A stretch of DNA of 64,000 nt from Syntrophaceae bacterium UBA1411 (GTDB lineage Bacteria; Desulfobacterota; Syntrophia; Syntrophales; Smithellaceae): positions 1,248 through 65,247 of the forward strand of contig DBPV01000022.1 of NCBI GenBank assembly GCA_002304995.1. Reading direction: 5' to 3'. Position 1 is the first letter of the stretch, and every line of letters starts with the position of its first letter. A program made the position numbers and the translations under genes. Under the pieces are notes generated by a model, which worked only from the letters and a program-made list of their open reading frames with translations, did not search any database and was not told where the DNA came from. Positions 1-9,352 of the stretch are shown piece after piece.

Positions 1-1508
1 CATCGGTCGCACGCATTCTGGCCAAATCGCTCAACTGCGAAACGGGACCGACGGCCACACCCTGCAACGTCTGTCCCAACTGCCGGGAAATCACGGACGG
101 CACGTCCATGGACGTCCGCGAAATCGACGGCGCGTCCAACCGCGGCATCGATGAAATCCGCGAACTGCGCGAAAACGTCAAGTTTGCTCCGGCCGCCGCC
201 AAATACAAAATCTATATCATCGACGAAGTCCACATGCTGACGCGCGAAGCGTTCAACGCGCTTTTAAAAACGCTTGAAGAACCGCCCGGCCACGTGATCT
301 TCATTTTCGCCACCACCGAAAACCACAAGGTTCCGGCCACCATTTTGTCGCGCTGCCAGTGCTACGACTTCCGCCGCATCTCGCTGGCCCAGATTGCCGC
401 CAACCTGGACCGGATCGCCCGGGAGGAAGGGCTGACAGTCAGCCCCGCCGCCCTCACCTGGATTGCCGAGGCGGGCGACGGCTCCATGCGCGACGCCCAG
501 AGCATCTTCGATCAGATCATCTCCTACGCGGGACCGGCGATTGCCGACGACGACGTGGAAGAGCTTCTGGGGCTTGCCGACCGGAAATACCTTTTCCGCC
601 TGTCCGAGGCCGTCCTGGCCCGCAACGCCGGCGTCTGCCTTACGATTCTGGAGGAGGCCTACCTGGCGGGCATCGACATGAAGCACTTCTATACCATGCT
701 GCTCAAGCACTTCCGGAATCTGCTTCTGCTCCGGATCGCCGGCGACGGCGCGTCTTTCGACATCGCGCCGGAACAGGCCGAAAAGCTTAAAGTACAGGTC
801 GCCCGGGTCTCGCGCGAAACGCTGCAGCGGTATCTGGATATTCTGCTGGCCGAGGCGGACAGTCTGCGCCGCAGCCAGGAAGTCCGGATCAAGCTCGAAA
901 CCATCCTCGTGCGCATGGCCTACCTGGAACCGGTCCTGCCGGTCGGAGAAATCCTGGCGACGCTGGAAAGCCTGGAGCAAAAGCTCGCCTACGCGCCGGC
1001 AAACGCGGCGCCGTCCCCCAGCGCGGTGCCTGTCTTCGACCGGCCTGCGGATCCGGCGCCGCCCGCCGTTTCCCGGCCGGCCGAGCCGCCGGCGGCCCAA
1101 ACGCCCCGTTCTCCGACCAAACCCGCGCCGGGCGAGGATCTCAAGAGCTTCATCAAAAGAACCAATCCGCCGCTCGGCGCCAAAACCGCCCCGGCCGAAA
1201 TTCTGGGGCCGGAAAACGGCGCGCTCACGCTGGCTTTTCCCGCCGGATACGTGTTTCTCGACACGCTGATGGAAAAGCCGCAGAAAGAAGAACTGGAAAG
1301 AATCGCCGGAATTTATTATTCTCAAACAATCACCCTGGCCATCAAGGCCGTCAACGCGCCCAGAGCCGCCGGCCCCCGCAGCGCCAGGGGAAACGCCATG
1401 AACGAAATCAAGCGCGAGGCCATCACCTCGCCGCTGTTTCAGAAAGTGCTCGCCGAGTTCGAAGGAGCGGAGCTGGTGGAAATCAAACCGATAACGGATA
1501 AAAAATAG
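1..1508 (+). CDS. dnaX: DNA polymerase III subunit gamma/tau, 5'-truncated by the window edge
   Basis: Frame 3 is open from the window edge (SVARILAKSLNCETGP..CNVCPNCREI zinc module) into track ORF 108..1508. It has AAA+ clamp-loader motifs (KIYIIDEVHMLT, TILSRCQ) and a P/A-rich linker. It lies in the conserved dnaX-ybaB-recR order. Confidence 0.93.
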   Translation, partial: SVARILAKSLNCETGPTATPCNVCPNCREITDGTSMDVREIDGASNRGIDEIRELRENVKFAPAAAKYKIYIIDEVHMLTREAFNALLKTLEEPPGHVIFIFATTENHKVPATILSRCQCYDFRRISLAQIAANLDRIAREEGLTVSPAALTWIAEAGDGSMRDAQSIFDQIISYAGPAIADDDVEELLGLADRKYLFRLSEAVLARNAGVCLTILEEAYLAGIDMKHFYTMLLKHFRNLLLLRIAGDGASFDIAPEQAEKLKVQVARVSRETLQRYLDILLAEADSLRRSQEVRIKLETILVRMAYLEPVLPVGEILATLESLEQKLAYAPANAAPSPSAVPVFDRPADPAPPAVSRPAEPPAAQTPRSPTKPAPGEDLKSFIKRTNPPLGAKTAPAEILGPENGALTLAFPAGYVFLDTLMEKPQKEELERIAGIYYSQTITLAIKAVNAPRAAGPRSARGNAMNEIKREAITSPLFQKVLAEFEGAELVEIKPITDKK

Positions 1509-1522
1509 GAAGGGGTACCGTC

Positions 1523-1837
1523 GTGCAAAATATTAATAACATCATGAGGCAGGCCAAAAAAATGCAGGAAAAGATGGCCCATCTCCAGCAGGAACTGGAA
1601 ACAAAGACCGTCGAAGCCCAGTCGGGCGGCGGCATGGTCCGCGTCCTCGTCAACGGCAAATTCGAGATTGTCTCGCTCAAAATCGAAAAAGACGTCGTCA
1701 ATCCCGACGACATTGAAATGCTCCAGGATCTGATCGCCGCGGCGGTCAACGAGGGCATCCGCAAGTCGCAGGAACTGGCGCAGGCGGAGATGGCCAAGAT
1801 CACGGGCGGACTGGCCATTCCCGGCATGGGGTTATAG
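1523..1837 (+). CDS. ybaB: YbaB/EbfC family nucleoid-associated protein
   Basis: This is a 104-aa ORF with a GTG start after AGGAAGGGG. The N-terminus ..[19 protein letters not shown] is typical of YbaB. It sits between dnaX and recR. Confidence 0.9.
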   Translation: MQNINNIMRQAKKMQEKMAHLQQELETKTVEAQSGGGMVRVLVNGKFEIVSLKIEKDVVNPDDIEMLQDLIAAAVNEGIRKSQELAQAEMAKITGGLAIPGMGL

Positions 1838-1845
1838 GGCGGCGC

Positions 1846-2445
1846 ATGAAATCCTACGCTCAACCCATCAAGCGACTGATTGCGGAGCTTGCCAAGCTGC
1901 CGGGAATCGGCGAGAAAACGGCGGCGCGGCTGGCCAACTATATTTTGCGCGCCACGACCGACGACGTGGAAAAGCTCGCCGAAAGCCTCGTGGAAGTGAA
2001 ACGGAAGATCCGGCTGTGCCGCGTCTGCCTCAATCCCAGTGAAGAAGATATCTGCCACATCTGCGCCAATCCGGCGCGCGACCGGCAGGTGATCTGCGTC
2101 GTGGAAGAGCCGGACGCGCTGGCCGCCATCGAGGAAAGCGGCGTCTTTGCCGGAACCTACCATGTGCTGCACGGCGCGCTGGCGCCGCTCGACGGCATCG
2201 GACCGGAAAACCTGCGCCTGGGCGAACTGCAGAAGCGCGTCGAGGACGGCGGCGTCGAGGAACTCATTTTAGCCACCAATCCCAACGTGCACGGCGAAGC
2301 CACGGCGCTGCTCATCATGCGGATGTTCAAGGACAGGCCCCTGCGGATCACGCGCATCGCCATGGGCGTGCCGATGGGCGGCGATCTGAAATACGTCGAC
2401 AAGATGACGATTTCCAAATCCCTGGAATTCCGCAGGGGCATGTAG
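1846..2445 (+). CDS. recR: recombination protein RecR
   Basis: The 199-aa product has the C4 zinc finger [16 protein letters not shown] and a Toprim-like [15 protein letters not shown] segment. Confidence 0.95.
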   Translation: MKSYAQPIKRLIAELAKLPGIGEKTAARLANYILRATTDDVEKLAESLVEVKRKIRLCRVCLNPSEEDICHICANPARDRQVICVVEEPDALAAIEESGVFAGTYHVLHGALAPLDGIGPENLRLGELQKRVEDGGVEELILATNPNVHGEATALLIMRMFKDRPLRITRIAMGVPMGGDLKYVDKMTISKSLEFRRGM

Positions 2446-2454
2446 GCTGCGCTT

Positions 2455-3321
2455 ATGGACAAAAAAAAGCCAAAGCGCCTGCGGCGCATCGCCGCCGGAC
2501 GCATCACCAAAACGGTGCGCAACCTGTTCATCGCCGCCAACACCACGCTTTGCGACGACGTGTGCGATGCGCTCCGGCGCGCCCTCGCGCAGGAAGCGTC
2601 GCCCATCGGCCGCGAGGTGCTCGCCAAAATCCTGCAAAACGCCGACATCGCCCGCGACAACGCTCTGCCGATCTGTCAGGATACGGGACTGGCCGTGTTG
2701 TTTCTCGAGGTCGGCCAGGATGTCCGGATCGTCGGCGGCCCGCTTCAGGACGCCATCGCGGAGGGCGTCCGCCAGGCGTACGCGGAAGGCTTCCTGCGCA
2801 AATCCGTCTGCGATCCCTTCACCCGCGCCAACACCAAAGACAATACGCCGGCCGTAATCCACTGCGACATCGTTCCGGGCGACCACCTGCGCATCATCGC
2901 CATGCCCAAGGGCGGCGGCAGCGAAAACATGAGCCAGGCGCGGATGCTCACGCCTGCGGCGGGGCTTGACGGCGTCAAGCAATTCGTTCTGGAAACGGTG
3001 GAAAAGGCCGGCGCCAATGCCTGTCCGCCGATCATCGTGGGAGTCGGCATCGGCGGTTCGCTCGAAGAGGCGTGTCTGCTCGCGAAAAAGGCGCTGCTGC
3101 GGCCGGTCGGCGCAAAAAACGAAGACGACGACCGCCTGGCCAAGATGGAAGAGGACCTCTTCAGAAAAATCAACGCTCTGGGCATCGGGCCGGCGGGCCT
3201 GGGCGGCCGGATGACAACGCTCGGCGTTTCCGCGGTGATGAAGCCCTGTCACATCGCGTCGCTGCCGGTCGCGGTCAATATCCAGTGCCATGTGGCCCGG
3301 CACCGGGAAGAAACGCTATGA
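2455..3321 (+). CDS. Fe-S hydro-lyase, class I fumarate hydratase / tartrate dehydratase alpha-type subunit
   Basis: The 288-aa product carries the ICQDTGLAV motif of the Fumerase N-terminal family. Its stop overlaps the start of the beta subunit (ATGA at 3318-3321). Confidence 0.88.
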   Translation: MDKKKPKRLRRIAAGRITKTVRNLFIAANTTLCDDVCDALRRALAQEASPIGREVLAKILQNADIARDNALPICQDTGLAVLFLEVGQDVRIVGGPLQDAIAEGVRQAYAEGFLRKSVCDPFTRANTKDNTPAVIHCDIVPGDHLRIIAMPKGGGSENMSQARMLTPAAGLDGVKQFVLETVEKAGANACPPIIVGVGIGGSLEEACLLAKKALLRPVGAKNEDDDRLAKMEEDLFRKINALGIGPAGLGGRMTTLGVSAVMKPCHIASLPVAVNIQCHVARHREETL

Positions 3322-3905
3322 GCCCGACAACCTCCGCCGACCAGGACCGGTTTCTCCGGATTTCAACGCCTCTTTCCGCCGAGGTCCGCGCCCGGCTCCG
3401 GGCGGGCGACATGGTGCTCTTGTCGGGCGACATCTACACGGCCCGCGACGCGGCGCACCGCCGTCTGCATGAAGCGCTCGTCCGCGGCCTTCCGCTCCCG
3501 ATCGATTTGTCCGCCGCAACGCTCTTCTATGCCGCGCCGTCGCCCACGCCGGTCGGCAAGGTCATCGGTTCGATCGGCCCGACCACCAGCTACCGCATGG
3601 ATGTCTTCACGCCGACGCTCATCGAGCACGGCTTGCGGGGCATGATCGGCAAGGGCAACCGCTCGCCGGAAGTCGCCCTTGCCATCAAACGCTACGGCGC
3701 GGTTTACTTCGGCGCCATCGGCGGCATTGCGGCGCTTACGGCCCAGTGCGTGAAGCACATGGAAATGGTCGCCTATGAAGATCTGGGTCCGGAAGCCATC
3801 CGCAAACTCACGGTGGCGGACCTGCCGCTGGTGGTCATCAACGACGCCGAAGGCAACGACCTGTATGCCCAGGCGCAAAACGACTGGCGTATCCTGACGG
3901 AATGA
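3318..3905 (+). CDS. Fe-S hydro-lyase, class I fumarate hydratase beta-type subunit
   Basis: I place the start at the ATG at 3318, inside track ORF 3072..3905; the upstream part is R/G-rich and overlaps the alpha subunit. The 195-aa product has SGDIYTARDAAHRRL and GKGNRS motifs of the Fumerase_C family. Confidence 0.85.
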   Translation: MSPTTSADQDRFLRISTPLSAEVRARLRAGDMVLLSGDIYTARDAAHRRLHEALVRGLPLPIDLSAATLFYAAPSPTPVGKVIGSIGPTTSYRMDVFTPTLIEHGLRGMIGKGNRSPEVALAIKRYGAVYFGAIGGIAALTAQCVKHMEMVAYEDLGPEAIRKLTVADLPLVVINDAEGNDLYAQAQNDWRILTE

Positions 3906-4001
3906 CGCGTCATTTTTTCAGCCGAGGAAAAGATATTGACTCAGAATTCCTTCTATATTATGGATTCGGGTCATTTTTATATGCGAAGGAGATGAAACTG
4001 C

Positions 4002-4550
4002 ATGATTGAAGTAAGATGGCATGGCCGGGGCGGCCAGGGAGCGGTAACATCGGTGGAATTGCTGGCTGTGTCGGCAATCGCCGCGGGAAAATTCGCTCAG
4101 GGGTTCCCCAGTTTCGGCCCGGAAAGACGAGGCGCGCCGGTGGCCGCCTTTACACGCATTGACGACAAGAAAATCGACGTCCGTTCCGGCATCTACGAAC
4201 CGGATGTCGTCCTGGTGCTCGATTCGAGCCTGATCGGCCTGGTCAACGTCCTCGACGGACTGAAGCCGGGCGGCAAGGTCATCGTCAACACTCCCAAAAC
4301 ACCTGAAGAAATCCGAAAAGATCTGAATTTCAACGGCCCCGTCGCCACGGTTGACGGCACCGGCATCGCCCGCAAGGAGATGGGGGTTCCCATCGCCAAC
4401 ACGACGATGATCGGCGCCCTTCTGAAGGTCACCGGCATTATGGAGCTCGACGCCATGAAAGACTCCATCGAGCACCGTTTCGGCCGGATCGCCCAGAAGA
4501 ACCTAAACGCGATGAAGCGGGCCTACGATGAAATAAAAATCAGCAAGTAA
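4002..4550 (+). CDS. 2-oxoacid:ferredoxin oxidoreductase, gamma subunit (cluster 1)
   Basis: The 182-aa product starts with the N-terminal RWHGRGGQGAVT motif of POR/VOR/KOR gamma subunits. A GAAGGAG RBS lies upstream. Confidence 0.9.
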   Translation: MIEVRWHGRGGQGAVTSVELLAVSAIAAGKFAQGFPSFGPERRGAPVAAFTRIDDKKIDVRSGIYEPDVVLVLDSSLIGLVNVLDGLKPGGKVIVNTPKTPEEIRKDLNFNGPVATVDGTGIARKEMGVPIANTTMIGALLKVTGIMELDAMKDSIEHRFGRIAQKNLNAMKRAYDEIKISK

Positions 4551-4563
4551 GGGGACAATCCAT

Positions 4564-4842
4564 ATGGCATTAAAAACCTGGAAAGAACTTCCGATCGGTT
4601 GTGTTGTCTTTGAACCGGGCAGCGCCAGTGAATATCACACCGGCAGCTGGCGGTCGCAGCGGCCGGTCTGGGATGACGCCAAGTGCATCAAATGCGGCAT
4701 CTGCTACGTCTTTTGCCCGGAAGGATGCGTACAGCAGGGCGAGGACGGCTTTTTCAAAGCGGACATGAATTACTGCAAGGGGTGCGGGATCTGCGCGCAC
4801 GAGTGCTGGCCCCGCGCGATCAAGATGGTAGAGGAGGGATGA
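4564..4842 (+). CDS. 2-oxoacid:ferredoxin oxidoreductase, delta (2x[4Fe-4S] ferredoxin-like) subunit (cluster 1)
   Basis: The 92-aa product has two CxxCxxCxxxCP motifs (CIKCGICYVFCP, CKGCGICAHECWP). Confidence 0.88.
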   Translation: MALKTWKELPIGCVVFEPGSASEYHTGSWRSQRPVWDDAKCIKCGICYVFCPEGCVQQGEDGFFKADMNYCKGCGICAHECWPRAIKMVEEG

Positions 4843-4843
4843 C

Positions 4844-6019
4844 ATGGGTAAACGCGTTGGTTTGGAAGTAACGGTGGCCGTGGCGGAAGCCGTGGCGCTC
4901 TGCCGCATCGATATGGCGGGCGTCTATCCCATCACGCCGCAGTCGCACATCGCCGAACATCTCTCCAATCTGGTGGCCGACGGCAAACTCGACGCCGAGT
5001 TCGTCACGGTCGAATCCGAACATTCCGCCATGAGCGCGGTCATCGGGGCAGCGGCCGCGGGCGCGCGCGTCTACACGGCAACGAGCTCCCAGGGCCTGAT
5101 GCTGATGCACGAGCTTCTGCCCATCGCCTCGGCGATGCGGCTGCCCATCACCATGGCGATCGCCAACCGGGCGGTGTCCGGCCCGCTCAACATTTTGAAC
5201 GATCATTCCGACATCATGCCGCAGCGCGACGCCGGCTGGATCGCCGTTTTCGCGGAAAACGGCCAGGAAGCCGTAGATCTGTCCATTGCTGCCTTTAAAA
5301 TCGCCGAACACAAGGATGTCATGCTGCCGGTTTCGGTCAATATCGACGGTTTCCAGCTCACGCACATGGTCGAACCGGTCATTATGCCCTCGCAGGAAGA
5401 GGTCGACGCGTTTCTGCCGCCTTTCGTTCCGCATGCGACGCTGCATCCGTCCAGACCGGTTACGATGGGCGCCTTCTCCATGTCGGACTATTTCACCGAA
5501 ATCATGAAAGCCAAGGACGAGGCAATCAAAAATTCCAAAAAAGTCATTCTGGAGGTCTGGGACGACTGGGGCCGGCAGTTCGGACGCAACTACAAGCCGG
5601 TGGAAACCTACCTCGCCGAGGACGCGGACATTCTGATGCTGACGATGGGCTCGATGGGCGAAACGGCAAAAATCGCCATCGACGAATTGCGCGGCAAGGG
5701 CGTCAAAGCCGGTCTGATCAAGCTGCGCCTGTGGCGGCCGTTTCCGTTTGCCGAATTGGCGGCAGTTCTTAAAAACGCCGCCCAGCTGATCGTCACCGAC
5801 CGCGCCGTTTCCTTCGGCGGTCCCGGCGGACCCGTGTTTTCGGAAATTAAATCCGCTCTGTTTGCCCAAGCGAATCGCCCGGCAATCTACAACTACATCA
5901 TCGGCCTGGGCGGCCGCGACGTGGCCGTTTCGGACTTCGTCGGCATGTTTGAAACCGTTCGGGCGGACAAGGCCAAAGCCAAGGCGGACACTTATGAATT
6001 CTGGGGAGTGAGAGAATGA
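4844..6019 (+). CDS. 2-oxoacid:ferredoxin oxidoreductase, alpha subunit (cluster 1)
   Basis: The 391-aa product has YPITPQSHI and ESEHSAMSA motifs typical of OFOR alpha. It starts 1 nt after the delta stop. Confidence 0.9.
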   Translation: MGKRVGLEVTVAVAEAVALCRIDMAGVYPITPQSHIAEHLSNLVADGKLDAEFVTVESEHSAMSAVIGAAAAGARVYTATSSQGLMLMHELLPIASAMRLPITMAIANRAVSGPLNILNDHSDIMPQRDAGWIAVFAENGQEAVDLSIAAFKIAEHKDVMLPVSVNIDGFQLTHMVEPVIMPSQEEVDAFLPPFVPHATLHPSRPVTMGAFSMSDYFTEIMKAKDEAIKNSKKVILEVWDDWGRQFGRNYKPVETYLAEDADILMLTMGSMGETAKIAIDELRGKGVKAGLIKLRLWRPFPFAELAAVLKNAAQLIVTDRAVSFGGPGGPVFSEIKSALFAQANRPAIYNYIIGLGGRDVAVSDFVGMFETVRADKAKAKADTYEFWGVRE

Positions 6020-6954
6020 ATATTGTAGAAAATTTTGATTTATTTGCCCCGCGGCTCATCAATAAGAAAGAACTGTTTTCCTGCGGCCACCGCGCCTGCT
6101 CCGGCTGCGCGGAAGTGCTGTCCGTCCGGCTCATGTGCAAGGCGCTGGGCGACAACACTGTGGTCGCCTCCGCGACCGGCTGCATGGAAATCGTTTCGAG
6201 CATGTTTCCCACCACCGCCTGGAGAATCCCCTGGATTCACGTCGCGTTTGAAAACGCCGCGGCCGTGGCCTCCGGCGTGGAAGCGGGCCTCAAAGCGCTG
6301 CGCAAGAAGGGCAAGATCGACGACCGCTACATCAAGGTGGTCGGAATGGCCGGCGACGGCGGAACGATGGATATCGGCATCCAGGCGCTGTCCGGCGCAA
6401 TGGAACGCGGCCACGACATGATTTACGTCTGCTTCGACAACGAGGCTTACATGAACACCGGCATTCAGCGCTCCAGCGGCACGCCGATGGGCGCCTCCAC
6501 GACGACGGCGCCGGCCGGAAAAGCGAGCAGCGGCCAGAAGACCTGGAAAAAGAACATGCCGGAAATCATGGTCGCCCATGAAATTCCCTACGTCGCCACC
6601 GTCTGCCCCAGCTATCCTCTGGACTTCATCCGCAAGTTCGAGAAAGCCAGAAGCATCGAAGGACCTTCCTACATTCACTGCTTTTCCGTGTGCCCCACGG
6701 GGTGGCGGTCTCCGTCGGAGACGGCCGTTTCCATGGGACGGCTGGCCGTGGAAACGGGCGTCTTCCCGCTGTTCGAAGTGGAAAACGGCCATTACCGCAT
6801 GTCTGCGGATATGCCCAAAAAGCTCAAGCCCCTCCGCAGCTACTTCAAACCGCAGGGGCGTTTCCGCCACCTGACGGACGCCGAAATCGACGCGATTCAG
6901 GAACGAGTGACGGCCGAGTTCAACAAACTCACCCAAAAGGCCAAATTTCTGTAA
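6016..6954 (+). CDS. 2-oxoacid:ferredoxin oxidoreductase, beta (TPP-binding) subunit (cluster 1)
   Basis: The 312-aa product has the TPP motif GDGGTMDIGIQALSGAMERGHDMIYVCFDNEAYMNTG and N-terminal cluster cysteines (CSGC). It overlaps alpha by 4 nt. Confidence 0.9.
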   Translation: MNIVENFDLFAPRLINKKELFSCGHRACSGCAEVLSVRLMCKALGDNTVVASATGCMEIVSSMFPTTAWRIPWIHVAFENAAAVASGVEAGLKALRKKGKIDDRYIKVVGMAGDGGTMDIGIQALSGAMERGHDMIYVCFDNEAYMNTGIQRSSGTPMGASTTTAPAGKASSGQKTWKKNMPEIMVAHEIPYVATVCPSYPLDFIRKFEKARSIEGPSYIHCFSVCPTGWRSPSETAVSMGRLAVETGVFPLFEVENGHYRMSADMPKKLKPLRSYFKPQGRFRHLTDAEIDAIQERVTAEFNKLTQKAKFL

Positions 6955-7007
6955 ACAGGCCATCCATAACGGGAATGACCCTTAACGCATACAGAGGTGA
7001 AAAAAGC

Positions 7008-7493
7008 ATGACAAACGTCAGTGAAATCAGAAAGAAAACAAAACTCATCGTCAAGAAGTATTCTGGCGATAAAAGCGCGCTTATTGCCGTGTTGCAGGAT
7101 ATCCAGGAAGCGTTCAATTATCTTCCGAAGGACGCACTCGCCGCTGCGGCCAAAGCGCTGGGAATTCCGGTCAGCCGGGTTTACGAAGTGGCAACCTTTT
7201 ACACCGCCTTCAGCCTGAAGCCGCGCGGCGAGCATGTCGTCAAGATCTGCATGGGCACGGCCTGTCACGTGCGGGGCGCGGCGGCCATTCAGGACAAGAT
7301 GGAAAGAACCCTCTGTATCAAACCCGGCGAAACCACGCCGGATCAGAAATTTTCCCTGGAAACCGTCAACTGCGTGGGCGCCTGCGCTCTGGGCCCCGTG
7401 GTCGTCATCAACACTGAATATCACGGCCAGATGACCATGGCCAAAGTCGATAAGATCATCGGCAAAATCAAAGAGGGAGGCGCACAGTCATGA
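7008..7493 (+). CDS. NuoE/HydC/HoxE-like [2Fe-2S] thioredoxin-like subunit
   Basis: I place the start at the ATG at 7008, 8 nt after AGAGGTGA, inside track ORF 6690..7493. The 161-aa product has [10 protein letters not shown]...CVGACALGP cluster motifs. Confidence 0.85.
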   Translation: MTNVSEIRKKTKLIVKKYSGDKSALIAVLQDIQEAFNYLPKDALAAAAKALGIPVSRVYEVATFYTAFSLKPRGEHVVKICMGTACHVRGAAAIQDKMERTLCIKPGETTPDQKFSLETVNCVGACALGPVVVINTEYHGQMTMAKVDKIIGKIKEGGAQS

Positions 7494-9337
7494 AAAAAAT
7501 TACCACGGCTTTAGACTTGCGCCGCGTTCAGGAAGACCTGAAGAAGAATTTCGATCCCAGCAAGAAACTGGTCACGATCTGCGCCGGAACCGGCTGCCGC
7601 GGATACGGCTGCATCAATGTGAAGGAAGCCCTCGAAGCGGAACTGCAAAAACAAAACATGGACGTGGAAGTCCGCGCCACCGGCTGCTTCGGTTTCTGTG
7701 AAAAAGGCCCGCTGGTGGTCGTCCATCCGGAAAAGATCTTTTATCAGCAGGTCAAAATTAAGGACGTGCCGGACATCGTTTCCAAAACCGTCGCCTCGGG
7801 CGAGATTCTGGAAAAGCTGCTTTACCGCGATCCGTTCACCAAAGAAACCGTGCTGAAAGAAGAGGAAGTACCTTTCTATAAAAAACAGCACCGGCTGGTT
7901 TTCGGACAAAACGGCCTGATCGATCCCACACGGATCGAGGACTATCTGATTATCGGCGGCTACAGCGCGCTGGCCAAAGCCCTGACCGAAATGACGCCGG
8001 AAGGCGTGATCGATGAAGTGAAAAAAGCGGGGCTCCGCGGACGGGGCGGAGGAGGATTTCCGGCCGGCGTCAAATGGGAAAGCTGCCGCCGGGCGCACGG
8101 CGCGCCGAAATACGTCATCGGCAACGGCGACGAAGGCGATCCCGGCGCTTACATGGACCGCAGCCTGATGGAAGGCAATCCGCACAGCGTTCTCGAGGGC
8201 ATGATCATCGGCGCTTACGCCATCGGCGCGTCCGAAGGGTATATCTACGTGCGCAACGAATATCCCCTGGCGGTGCTGCACCTCACCCTGGCCATCGCCG
8301 CCGCCAAGGAAGCCGGCCTTTTGGGCAAAAACATTCTGGGAACGGATTTCTCCTTTGACATCCACATCAACAAGGGCGGCGGAGCGTTTGTCTGCGGTGA
8401 ATCGTCCGCCTTGTTCGCCTCCATCGAAGGCCGCGCGGGCGAGCCGCGGGCCAAGTACATCCACGCCGTGGAAAAAGGCCTGTGGGACAAGCCCACCTGC
8501 CTCAACAACGTTGAAACCTGGGCAAACGTGCCCATCATCATCAATCAGGGCGCCGAAACCTACGCGTCCGTCGGAACGGAAGGCTCGAAAGGCACCAAGA
8601 TCTTTTCACTGGTCGGAAAGATCAACAACACCGGACTTGTTGAAGTCCCGATGGGCATCACGCTGCGCGAAATCGTCTATGACATGGGCGGCGGCATTCC
8701 CAACGGCCGCAAGTTCAAGGCCGTCCAGACCGGCGGCCCCTCCGGCGGCTGCATTCCCGAAAGGCTGCTCGACCTGCCGGTCGATTTCGACAAACTCACC
8801 GAAGTCGGATCGATGATGGGCTCCGGCGGCATGATCGTCATGGACGACCGCTCCTGCATGGTCGACGTGGCCAAATACTTCCTGGCCTTTCTTCAGGAAG
8901 AGTCCTGCGGCAAGTGCGTTCCCTGCCGGGAAGGCGTCCGCCGCATGCGTGAAATCCTCGAGGACATCTGCGCCGGCCGCGGCAAGGAAGGCGACGTGGA
9001 GCTGCTCGAGCACATTTCAACCGGCGTCGCCGACGGATCGCTGTGCGCGCTGGGCGGCTCCGCTCCCAATCCGGTTCTTTCCACGATTCGCTACTTCCGC
9101 GAAGAGTACGACGCGCACATCCGGGATCACCGCTGTCCGGCGGGCGTCTGCAAGGCGCTCATCACCTACAGCGTCAATGCCGAGAAGTGCACGGGCTGCG
9201 GCATGTGCGTGAAGGTCTGCCCGGTGCAGGCCGCCACCGGCGAAAAGAAGAAGCCCCACTCCATTAACAATGACCTTTGCACCAGATGCGGCGCATGTAT
9301 CGAAAGCTGCAAATTTGATGCGATTACCGTTGAATAA
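7490..9337 (+). CDS. NuoF/HydB/HoxF-like FMN- and NAD(H)-binding Fe-S flavoprotein
   Basis: The 615-aa product has [17 protein letters not shown] (FMN/NADH site) and [10 protein letters not shown] (N3-type 4Fe-4S). It also has an N-terminal thioredoxin-like 2Fe-2S module ([20 protein letters not shown]) and C-terminal 2x[4Fe-4S] ([23 protein letters not shown]). It overlaps the NuoE-like gene by 4 nt. Confidence 0.9.
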   Translation: MKKITTALDLRRVQEDLKKNFDPSKKLVTICAGTGCRGYGCINVKEALEAELQKQNMDVEVRATGCFGFCEKGPLVVVHPEKIFYQQVKIKDVPDIVSKTVASGEILEKLLYRDPFTKETVLKEEEVPFYKKQHRLVFGQNGLIDPTRIEDYLIIGGYSALAKALTEMTPEGVIDEVKKAGLRGRGGGGFPAGVKWESCRRAHGAPKYVIGNGDEGDPGAYMDRSLMEGNPHSVLEGMIIGAYAIGASEGYIYVRNEYPLAVLHLTLAIAAAKEAGLLGKNILGTDFSFDIHINKGGGAFVCGESSALFASIEGRAGEPRAKYIHAVEKGLWDKPTCLNNVETWANVPIIINQGAETYASVGTEGSKGTKIFSLVGKINNTGLVEVPMGITLREIVYDMGGGIPNGRKFKAVQTGGPSGGCIPERLLDLPVDFDKLTEVGSMMGSGGMIVMDDRSCMVDVAKYFLAFLQEESCGKCVPCREGVRRMREILEDICAGRGKEGDVELLEHISTGVADGSLCALGGSAPNPVLSTIRYFREEYDAHIRDHRCPAGVCKALITYSVNAEKCTGCGMCVKVCPVQAATGEKKKPHSINNDLCTRCGACIESCKFDAITVE

Positions 9338-9352
9338 AAGGTAGGATAGACC

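Noticed and set aside
3906-4001. A possible sigma-54 or strong sigma-70 promoter, and a GACGCGTC+T6 terminator, in front of the OFOR operon.
   Set aside because: There is no GG-N10-GC element. TTGACT (3936-3941) has only a poor -10 (TATGGA) at 17-nt spacing. GACGCGTC is a loop-less 4-bp palindrome, too weak to call a terminator.
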